NCBI RefSeq assembly: GCF_006345805.1
Contig: NC_043020.1
Location: 28,024,001-28,088,000, forward strand
Length of the DNA stretch: 64,000 nucleotides
Origin: Octopus sinensis
Taxonomy: Eukaryota
Direction: 5' to 3'
The position numbers and the translations under genes were made by a program. Positions 12,702 through 24,495 of this stretch are shown here, one piece after another. How positions within the stretch are numbered: position 1 is the first letter of the stretch; every line of letters starts with the position of its first letter. Under the pieces are notes generated by a model. The model saw only the letters and a program-made list of their open reading frames with translations. It was not told where the DNA came from and searched no databases.

Positions 12702-14971
12702 TATATATAATAATTATATAACTTAGTCATATCATCATCATCATCATCATTGTTTAACATCCGCTTTCCATGCTAGCATGGGTTGGAGCATTCAACTGGG
12801 GTCTGGGAAGCCAGAAGGCTGCATCAGGCCCAGTCTGATCTGGCAGTATTTCTACGGCTGGATGCCCTTCCTAACGCCAACCACTCCGTGAGTGTAGTGG
12901 GTGCTTTTACGTGCCACCGGCACAGGTGCCAGACGAGGCTGGCAAACGGCCACAATCGGATGGTGCTTTTATGTGCCACCGGCACGGGGGCCAGGCGAGG
13001 CTGGCAACAGACACGAACGGATGGTGCTTTTTATATGTAACATATATATATAAACAAAATTATAAATATAATACATCTCTAGCAGGTGTTAAATGGAGAT
13101 ATATATATATATATTATATATATATATATATATATAAATATGTATATATATGAAATGCATGTAAATATGTATACCATCAGAAAACTGTATGCTATATATA
13201 TTCAAATATACACACACATATATATTCAAATATACACACACATATATATTCAAATATGAATTCAGAGCAGTTTGAGTGTTTTAAACAATTTCATGGAAGA
13301 TTAGAAACAAACAACACCACTTGTATGACAGTGACACTCATTTACAACTATCACAAAATTTCGAGATGAGGGTGCACAGACACACTAAGGCATAGCTGTG
13401 TGGTAAGAAGCTTGCTTACCAACCACATGGTTCTGGGTTCAGTCCCACTGCATAGCACCTTGGGCTAATGTCTTCAACCGTAGCCCCAGGCCGACCAAAG
13501 CCTTGTGAGTGGATCTGGTAGATGGAAACTGAAAGAAACCTGCCATATGTGTGTGTGTGAGTGTTTATGTGTCTGTTTGTCCCCCACCACCTCTTGACAA
13601 CCAGTGTTGGTGTGTTTATGTCCCAGTAACTTAGCAGTTTGGCAAAAAGAGACCAACAAAATAAATACCAAGCTTAAAAAAAAAAGAAGTACTGATTCTT
13701 CAAGGTGGTGCTCCATCATGGCCACAGTCTGATGGCCGAAACAAGTAAAAGATTACAAGATATATTCTTTTTATTCGTTTCAGTCATTTGGCTGCGGCTA
13801 TGCTGGAACACTGCCTGTAGTCAAACAAATCAACCCTAGGACAAATTCTTTATAAGCCTAGTACTTATTCTATCAGGCTCTTTTGCCGAACTGCTAAGTT
13901 ACAGGGATGTAAACACACCAACACTGGTTGTCAAGTGATGGTGAGAGGACAAACACACACACACACATATATATTTCTTTACTACCCACAAGGGGCTAAA
14001 CACAGAGAGAACAAACAAGGACAGACAAAGGGATTATGTCGATTACATCAACCCCAGTGCAAAACTGGTACTTTATTTATCAACCCTGAAAGGATGAAAG
14101 GCAAAGTCTATATATATCTTAGTTAAATGGGCTTCTTTCAGTTTCCATCTACCAAATCCACTCACAAGGCTTTGGTCGGCCCGAGGCTATAGTAGAAGAC
14201 ACTTGCCCAAGGTGCCATGCAGCAGGACTGAACCCAGAACCATGTGGTCAGTGAGCAAGCTCTTACCACACAGCCAGGACTGTATATCAAAATATAATGG
14301 GCTTCTTTTCAATTCATGTCCCCCAAATCCACAGACAAGGCTTTGGTCGGTCTTGGACTATAGTGGAATGCTCTCGCCCAACCCACGTGTACGAGAAGTA
14401 AACGTACTAGCACTCCTTGGGAGGTGGGATCCTTACACAGCCATGCCAGCCCCTAAAGTGTGTGTGAGAGCAGAGGAGGGAGGGAGGGATTGATTATAGA
14501 CTCAAGCATGGAATGTGTTATTAAATGGTTCATTTCCCAATCACATGGTTCCGGGTTCAGTCCCACTTAGTGTAGCACCTTGGGCAAGTAGGTGTCTTCT
14601 ACTATAGCACCAGCCAACCAAAAAGCCTCGTGAGTGAATTTGATGGAAAGAAACTGAAAGAAGCCTGTCGTGGATGGATGTGTGTGTGTGTGTGTTTGGT
14701 TCTCATTGTCGTGCCATCACAAGACAGTCGTGGCGTTCATTTCCAGTCGCCTGAGAAAGCATGTCCGGTTATGATGGGAGTATTACCATAATTAGAAATA
14801 TTTGAGGGTTGATGGCAGGAAGGAGATATTACCATGGAAAATTCGCTTCCACTAATTTCATCTGACGCACACTAGCATGGGAAGATGGAATGTGAAACGA
14901 GGATGGCGATGATGATGTGTGTGTGTGTCTCTACAACACATGCCAGCATGGAAGACGAATGTTGAATGATC

Positions 14972-15590
<619 letters not shown>

Positions 15591-18154
15591 CATATAATAT
15601 TTATGATGTATAACTTCTATAATATATATTCTGAAATATAAATATAATTCTAAATCATATATAAATATATTCTATAAAATGTATATATTTATCATAATGT
15701 GTGTGTATTATATTACATAAATATATGTAATATAATAGAATATTTTTTATGTAGGATAGAGGAAAAGAGCGAGATAACGAGAGTGAGGAACAGAGACAGG
15801 CAGAGACGTGTAGAGCCAGACACAAGTGAACAAACTATAAAGCAACAAGAGATTTTATCGTTTCTGGGATATCAACCGATTGGACCACCCATAAATATTT
15901 GGAAGAATTTAACGGGTGTCACTAAAAAAATCTTTCTTAATGTCTACGATTTGTCACATCCGAGTGAAAGGGAAATAGATGACACACTGAGGAATGTATG
16001 AATGGATGATGGAAAATGAAAAAAAAAAAGAACAGACAGATAAGAGAGGATAGTCAAGGTTGAAACGCCTCTGATTGTCCGTCAGTCACCAGCAGAGTTC
16101 CAAAGACGTGGAGTTGAAAATGCTGGCCTAAAAACAAGTGTGCCACCTCCCGACTTTGTTTCCTCATAACTCAAAAAAAAAATACCATTTTTTTAGCGAA
16201 ATTTTCCACAAATAACTTTCAGATTATTTAAATTAAGATTATATAGAAAATTTAAATGTCCAAGAAAATGAAACAAATTGGTCGGCGCACACACATACAT
16301 ACTGACATATATCACATTTTATTTCTTCAAAATTTCAAGTTTAATTTAGTAGACATACATGTTCATGTGTCAGTATATATGTGTGTACAAGCCCACAAAT
16401 TCCTTTTTCTCGCCATTAAATTCCAGTATAATTGTCGTCTACCCCAACAGAGAGGTATTTGTAAAAAAAGAAATTAATTAAAAATATTAATTTTGCTGAA
16501 AGTTATGAGGAAACGAAGTCGAGTGACACACTTGTGGAGGTATGCCAAAAAAAGACAAAGCTATAGGCTCAACTGGCCATTTACAAGTTTAATAACAGTA
16601 AACCTAAACAATATATAAGGGTACTTAACGGAGTACCCGATTCTTCAGGATCAAAAGATGGTCTTTTATCCTCGAGCATTCACTGACTCTTAATCGAAAT
16701 AATAGTAATATCTTAGGCTTTGGCACAGGATCACGAATTTAAAGTGATGAGGAAGAAGAGTAAAGCCGATGACATCAATTCTTCCAAGTCCTTGACTTTT
16801 ATAAGTAATGTCTCTCGCTAAATTAATTTTTTTTTCTTAATTCAATCACAGGAATAATTAATACACTTAACATACATTTACTAAATCATTCAAATTAGCT
16901 GGATTCAGTTTACGAGATTGACAATAACAATTAACACGTTAATAAATAGAAATAATAATTATTTCTAATATAATAAGCACAAGGCCCAGAAATCCCAAAG
17001 AGGCTGAGAAAAAAGGGGGTTAGGTCGATGGGGGTTCGATTACATCAGACCCCACCGTGCTTGATTGTGGTGACTTTAATGACTTTATTTCGTCGAAGTT
17101 GACCTCGGCAAGATTCGAAGACGAGCCGGAAGAAAAAATATATCACAAGGCATTTTTTTGTCTTTTGTCCGACGCTCTAAACAATTCTTAAATAAATGAT
17201 CCCTGATATTTTTCTCTTTTTTCTCTTGGAACAACGCCAGAAACGTGTAAAAAAAAAAAAAAAAGGTATCAGGAATAAATCAATTAAATCGATCCGAGTA
17301 CATGCTTCGACACCTTATTTAATCACACAATGCAAGTCATCATCTTTTCCACAGAACAGTTATTGACCTCACAAATAAATGCTGTAATACATTATTATCA
17401 TCATCATTAATATCATCATTATTATCCTTATTATTATTACATCTTGCGATTCTACCATTTTTTTGACAACTCTCGATAACAACAAAGAACGATTCCCTCT
17501 TTTAAATTCTTCCCTCTGCCCTGACATTGGTTAACACAGGGGGGCCCCCAACATTTGAATCAACCAGTATGCATCTGGTACTTTGCCTTTTTCTTTTATA
17601 TATATTGTTATTAATTTATATCTTTGTTCCACCAAGCCCCGCCGGGATTTGAATTTAGAACAAGTGGAGGACGAAGAATCTAATTACCAATAAAGTCTAC
17701 CACTGTTAAATTTCTTAACAATGGATACAAAGTCACCCATTCGAAAGGAAAGGGCAAAATCGATTGAATTGCCCCTACCCCAACCCAATTATATAACTGG
17801 TATTTATTTTATCAATCTTAAACTAGATTGAAAAGTTAGTCAATCCTCGTACGAGACAATTCTTAGCTTGTAACACTAGGTTTGATGTTAATGACATTAG
17901 GCTGGCTATGTGGTCGCTTGGCCTGCTAGAAAGAACAGCCACATTTCCTTCAAGTAATATTCTACTGTCTTGGACAAAAGGAAGGTCACATTAGATGTGA
18001 TGTGGTCCGAGATGCACTGTAAGCTGCAAACAAAAACAAGATACGTGGTGGTCACAGTTGGACTGTCTTTCGATTGTAGCCGAGCTGGAGTTCAAGCAAC
18101 AACAAAAAAGGAACAATGGAATCCAATGAATCATAAACTTTAAACTCTACTCAC

Positions 18155-18285
18155 TTGTGTGAATCGAACAATAACTTTGCTTCACGAAATCCATTATTTA
18201 GCAACATGTGTATCCCTGTTTGAGCAATTTCCGATTCGTCGGCCAGAGACTGGTAACAAATGCTGTTCTCTCCACTGCTGTCCAT
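18155..18285 (-). CDS. TTC39C: Tetratricopeptide repeat protein 39C, first recognisable coding exon (MDSSGENSICYQSLADESEIAQTGIHMLLNNGFREAKLLFDSH)
   Basis: GI.MLLNNGFRE matches the TTC39C N-terminus; strong AA|GTGAGT donor at 18154. I could not find exon 2 in 1-18150, so the gene probably continues beyond the window start. Confidence 0.85.
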
Positions 18286-18289
18286 AACT

Positions 18290-19530
18290 CTGCTCGAACC
18301 TGAACCGCCAGTACCACTACCAGCAGCAGCACGGTTGCCAGGACCACCACCGCCACCACCACCGACAGCAGAGAAGACAGCACCACCACCACCACCACCA
18401 GTCGTCAAAGACCCACGTCTGGTAATGGTGCTGGATGTAGTGTAGAGGTTAGTAAGGGAAAATGGTAAGAATAGTAATAATTACTAGTGGTTGTGGAGGG
18501 TTTTTTTTATATATGTGTAGTGTTGAGGTGTCCACTGATGGTGTCTACCCCGATCTGTCCACTAATTGTCACCCGTCGTAGGTGGAGAGAAGAAAAAAAA
18601 AGCGAGCAGAATTAAAACGGTGGCCGTGGTCGTGGTCGTCCAAGAATTCTTCTTCTTCTGATGACGGTATCTGCCTTATTCCTCCCCTTCCCCCTCCTCC
18701 CCCTCCTTCTCCTCCTTCTCCGCCTCTCCTCTCTCTCTCTCTTCACCGCCGTCGCCGCCGTCGCTGCCGCCTCTCACTCTCATTACTAATCATTACGAAA
18801 CCAATTTCCCTCCCCCCATCCTCCCTCCTCATCCCAACACTCCGGTGGTTCTTGCTCGCCGCTTTTCCCCCTCTTCCTCCCTCCCACTTCCTTCGCTCGA
18901 CTAACACGACCCCCCTCCCTTCCTCACTCCCTCCCTTTCTCCCTCCTCTCTGTCTGTTGCGCTTCCCTTCCTCCCTTGCAGCTGCTGCTGCCGCCGCTAC
19001 TCTTACCACTACTCCTGTTCTGCTTTTTCTCTCACCCTTTTTCTTTCCTCTCTCTGCCTCCTACCTCTCTCCTGCATCTGATGATGATGCTGCTGCTGTT
19101 CTTTTTATTTACCTTCCTCCCCTTCTTCTGCTTATGATGATGATGCTGTTGTCATCGTTCTTGTTGTCCTTATTGTTTGGTGATAAAGATGCAGAAAGCG
19201 GCGTTGTCAGGTTTCCTTAAACAATAAATACCGTCTCTGCTCAACAACGACGACGAAGTATAAAAAAATGGTTAACAGTCGCAATTATTTCGTTATCAGT
19301 TCTTACTTCAGTTGGCAGCTTCCCTTATTATTATTATTATTATTATTATTGGTGATGTTATGGTTGTTGCCATTGCTTCTTGTCGCTGCAAAAAATAAAA
19401 AAATTAGTCGCAGTCGTCGTCGTCGTTACTGTATTTGCTGATACGGCGGCGGTGGTTTATGATGATGATGATGATGACAGCGGCGGCGGCGGCGATGGCA
19501 GTGGTGGTAGTCGTGACGGTAAGAGTACTG
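18290..19530. promoter_or_regulatory. CpG-enriched, low-complexity 5'UTR/promoter region of TTC39C
   Basis: Many CpGs with (GGC)n, (CCG)n, (CCT)n and (GAT)n runs, no SINE insertions, directly upstream of the TTC39C exon. Function is inferred. Confidence 0.5.
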
Positions 19531-19535
19531 CCATA

Positions 19536-20005
19536 GATGTCATTTAACTGCTCTCCTCCTTCTCTGCCTCTCTATCTCTGTCACTTTCTCCCTTTCTCTC
19601 TGTCTCTATATCTATCTATCTCTGTCACTTCCTCCCTCCCTCTCTGTCTGTCTCTATATCTATCTATCTATCTTTGTCACTCTCTCCTTCTCTGTCTGTC
19701 AGTCTGTTTCTCTCTCTGTCTCTCTAGCTTTCTCCCTCTCTCGCTTTTACGTGTCTCTCTCTGTCTCCCCTTTCCCTTTTTCTGAAGGAATATCAACTTT
19801 AACCCTCCCTCTCCTTAACATATATCGATGTCATTTAACTGCTCTCTTCCCTCCCTCTCACTCTCTCTATCTATCTATCTCTGTCACTCTCTCCTTCTCT
19901 GTCTACCAGTCTGTTTCTTTCTCTGTCTCTCTAGCTCTCTCTCTCTCTCTCCCCTTTCTCCTTTTTCTGAAGGTCTATCAACTTTAACCCTCCCCCTCCT
20001 TAACA
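19536..20005. repeat. Tandem duplication of a CT-rich block (about 285 and 180 bp)
   Basis: Both units start GATGTCATTTAACTGCTCTC and end TTTTTCTGAAGG..TATCAACTTTAACCCTCCC.CTCCTTAACA. Confidence 0.85.
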
Positions 20006-21639
20006 GCAACTCAGCTTCTGCGCATGCGTCGTAACAACGCTTATCACTAAGGACCTTCTCCCGCCACTCTTTCTGCGATCTCTCAATCCATTTCAATGAA
20101 ATAAAAGGAAGAAAAAAAAGCCAACATGGTCCGTAGTAGAAGCAAGTGGTTACATGTGTTGGCCAAAAACAGCAAATAAAAGATGTGAAAATGAATAGGT
20201 TCGAATCCTATCAGACAGGGCCCTTTTGGGGATGAAAAAAATAATAAAAATTGGTTAAGGACCTGCTTGGAACTACATTAGAATTCACGTTTTCCAACAG
20301 AATTTAATTTGCCTTATCCTGCTAAAAGGTTTATACTATATCTGCGTATTTCTCTAGCTTTCTCCCTTCTGCTTCGAAGTTACTATCTATTTCTAGAAAC
20401 ATACCAACTTATTCAGATTTGCTAGGGAGTTAAAGAGCTTATACGAACATGCGATCTTTGGATAACTTAGAGACAGACCACCCCTAATTACCGCGATCTG
20501 CTTTTATTTATTCATCAATTTGTTCGCCATCTCTTTACATATTTGTAGTTATCTATCTCAGGATCTTAAGAGTATTATTTTCGCTTTTGATTCCAGAGTT
20601 GACAACATTTCCCTTCTTGTCTGCCTCTCATACCATTCCTAAAGCGCACTGAGGTCTTTAAAAACTCAAAACTTTATATATTTTCCACACATCTATTTAT
20701 TCATATCTATCGCTCTGTATCCATTGTTATTTCTTGTCGAAAGTCCTTGACATAAAGCAAGCGAGCAATTAACAATGCACTTTTAGTTCCTAACCTTTAC
20801 GCTGTAAAAAAAAAAAAACCTTCGGAAAGGCATGAACATCACAAAAACACTTCCCACTTGTTTCGAATCTCGCGTCCAATTTATCCACACTTCCCTTTCC
20901 GACCTTACATCTTCCTTCATTCCATCTTCGCACATCCACCTTACATCTTAATTCTCGTGATTTTCTCAAATAAAGCATGGTTGAAATATAAGCAACTCAA
21001 TGTTGAATAAGGAGAAATATTCAGTGAAGGTTAATTCGCTCTTCGATTTTTATTTTCTTTCTATTCTTTTATACATTTTAGCTTCACGGCTGCGGCCATG
21101 CTGGAGCGTGATAATTAGCATGTTCTTCCTTTTTCATTCCGTTTGTCTTTCGCAGTAATATTTTCTCTCGTTCTCCTATATTCTACGGTTGACAAAACAT
21201 GTAAACCATAGCTTATTGAGAGAAATACAAAATTTTATTGTCCATAACGTATAGTTTTACACAATTCCAAAGACCCAGTCTTCAGCACTCCAACAGGTAA
21301 TAATCCTTTCTATGTAAGGCACAATGCCTGAAATTCTGGAGAAGGTATTTAGTCAATTACCTCAACACTAGTATTCAACTGGTACCTCTTTTATCGACTC
21401 AGAAAGGATAAAAGCCAAAGTCAGCCTCAGCAGGATTTGAACTCAGAACATAAAATGCCAGAAGAAATCCTGCTAAACACATTCTGTCCAGCATGCTAAC
21501 GGTTCTGCCAGCTCGCTGCCTTACTGCAAATGCTAATAACGATTCCTTACTCTAGCTCTAAGGTCACAGATTTAGAAGAGTGCAGTGGAATTGATTGAAA
21601 AGTACTTGGAACCATTACTCTTCGGTCATAGTTCCAAAC

Positions 21640-21898
21640 CAGTGTTTCTTGACCATTTTTTTTTTTGTATATGGAATTCTTTGATTCCTGTTTTGCCCTG
21701 ATGGACCCTCATAACCATTCCAGGTGTAAAAAATTCCATTATGGTTTTATAATAAAATATTAGGAATTATATAAAAAAAATTGTTAAAATATTTTGTGTA
21801 TTGTCGAAGTATAACTGATTTACTGCAGATAAATTTTGACAGCAAAATCTGATAGGGACCCCCACAAGGGTCAGGTGGACTCCAGTTAAGAACCACAG
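21640..21898. mobile_element. hAT (Charlie-like) MITE
   Basis: CAGTGTTTCTTGAC...GTTAAGAACCACAG termini; degenerate 8-bp flanks TTCCAAAC/GTCTAAAC. Confidence 0.6.
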
Positions 21899-24298
21899 GT
21901 CTAAACCATTATTTGGTTTCATACCTATTTTTTTACTACCCACAAGGGGCTAAACACAGAGAGGACAAACAAGGACAGACACACGGATTAAGTCGATTAT
22001 ATCAACCCCAGTGCGTAACTGGTACTTATTTAATCGACCCCGAAAGGATGAAAGGCAAAGTCAACCTCGGCGGAATTTGAACTCTGAATGTAACGTTGAG
22101 CATTTCACCCGGCATGCTAACGTTTCTGCCAGCTCGCCGCCTATTTGGTTTCATTCCAATACCTGGCCCTCACATTTCTTTATCTTTTATCTTTTGCTCT
22201 TTTTTACTTGTTTTAGTGAAAGAACTGTGGCCATGCTGGGGCACAGCCTTGAAGGTTTTAGTTGAACAAATCAACCCCAGTACATTTTTTTAAAGCCTGC
22301 TACTTATTCTGTCAATCTCTTTTGGTCAACAGCTAAGTTATGGTATGTAACTAGCTGTGGTGGAGGTTACAAATACAAATGTATATGTGTGTGTATATGT
22401 ATATCAACAGCAGGCTTCCACACAGTTTCTGCCACCCTAATTCCTTCTCAAGGCATCGGTTAGCCTGAGGCTATAGTAAAAGACACTTTCCCAAGAAGTC
22501 ATGTCCTGGAATTGAACCAGAAACCACAGGGTTGCAAAGCAAGCTTCTCAGTCGCACTATGTTGCATGTGTTCTTTGGTGTGCTGCGCTGGGTGCCGGTT
22601 GTTTGCTGCACCGCAGTTGAATTTGCGAATGAAAATATGCTTCTTGGCTCTGTGAAAAAAGCAACTTAAGCAACGTTTAAGTGAAGTATTTATTGTCACA
22701 CCTAAAGACAATCTGTGTGAGCCATTTGTAGTTTACAATAGGAATACTAACAAGAGCACTCAGAGAGCACAAACCTCTGCCAAGGCATCACCAATGTCCT
22801 CTCAGCGATTAGCCAGAGATGGTTTTTAAAATAAGAATATCTGAAATAAACTGGGAAGCACTCCGTCGGTTACGACGACGAGGGTTCCGGTTGATCCGAT
22901 CAACGGAACAGCCTGCTCGTGAAATTAACGTCTACCCTTAACGTAGTTCTCGGGGATATTCAGCGTGACACAGAGAGTGACAAGGCCGGCCCTTTGAAAT
23001 ACAGGTACAACAGAAACAGGAAGTAAGAGTGAGAGAAAGTTGTGGTGAAAGAGTACAGCAGGGATCACCACCATCCCTGCCGGAGCCTCGTGGAGCTTTA
23101 GGTGTTTTCGCTCAATAAACACTCACAACGCTCGGTCTGGGAATCGAAACCGCGATCCTACGACCACGAGTCCGCTGCCCTAACCACTGGGCGATTGCGC
23201 CTCAAAATAAACTGGACTGCTCTCACAAACAAGAATACTAAAAATGAACCCAGCCACTCTCAAAAATTAAGGAATAGAAACAGGAAAAATAATCTAGAAT
23301 CCTTGTCCGGTACAGGATCGATCCACTTTTCCATGTTTGCATGGGTTGAAGAAGGTTTACTGAAGCAGATTTTCTACAGCTGGATGCCCTTCCTGTTGCC
23401 AACCCTCACCTGTTTCCAAACCAGGTCCTATTTCCCCATGGCCAGACATAATTTTGCAGAATATTGCAGATGAACGACATTTATTTACAACAATCACATG
23501 ATGTCAACACACACACACATACATACATGCATGTGTGTGTATATACATATATATATATATATCACATCATCATCATCGTTTAACATCCGCTTTTCATGAT
23601 GATGATGATGTGTGTGTATATATATATATAAAATGGGCTTCTCACAGTTTCCATCTACCACATCCATTCACAAGGCTTTGGATGGACCAGGGCTATTGTA
23701 GAAGACCCTTCTGACCCGAGGTGCCCGCTCAGTGGATCTGAACCGGAAGCCCCATAGATGCAAAGCAGGCTGCTTAACCACACAGCCACGCATGTGCCAG
23801 AGACTCATAACAACAAGAACAACAAGATGTGCCTACAAGACATCTTGCCCAAAGCTCCAGACAAAGTCCGCAGCTGGAGAAGAAAGTTCCAGACATGTAA
23901 AGTAAGAAAAACTACAAGGAAGCAACAGAGAAATTTGAAAAATAATTTATAGAAATTAATAAGAAAAAGCAAGTTATTTTATCTATGTTTTGTTTGGTTG
24001 TTTTCTTCTTTCGGTTTTCTTTTCTCTCTTTTTTCATTTTTTTTTAAATTCTCTTGTATAACATATTTCTATTGCTGTCAGTAGTAGTAGTAGTAGTAGT
24101 AGAAGTAGTAGTAGCAGCGTAAGGGTCCAATCAGTAAAGGTAGAGGTTCGTTTGGTTGTAGAGTATTCGGTTAAATGACGACATAGGCAGGTAGTGGTGG
24201 TGGTGGTGGTGGTGGTGGTAATTACTGGCAACAGGTGAGGAAAACCAGAAAATTCTTCAGAATTCGAGTCAGAAGTAAAAGAAGAAGAAGAAATGGTC

Positions 24299-24495
24299 CT
24301 AAGTTTCTTGTTGCACTCTCAACACGACTGGGATCGACGAACACGGAATGGTGCCCAGTTCGGTGATGACGACCGTGATCAGCTCGGGGGGCGTGAAATC
24401 ATAGACGAGATTCAACAGTGTGAGGGATTCGTACGATTTCCAGTCGGTCAGGCAGTCAGGTTGGTTGTCCAGGTGGATTAGGTCATCTGGATCGG
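24299..24495 (-). CDS. EIF2B4: EIF2B4 last coding exon ([11 protein letters not shown]...[11 protein letters not shown])
   Basis: CCATTCAG acceptor; TAG at 24301-24299. Confidence 0.96.

Noticed and set aside
15699-16001. ORF containing KIFLNVYDLS, reminiscent of DeSI/PPPDE peptidase N-termini
   Set aside because: Only a short motif; no catalytic His/Cys motifs and no supporting exons.
18582-19220. 212-aa Pro/Leu/Ser-rich + strand ORF
   Set aside because: Non-ATG start and low-complexity (CCT/CT)n sequence in a promoter/UTR region.
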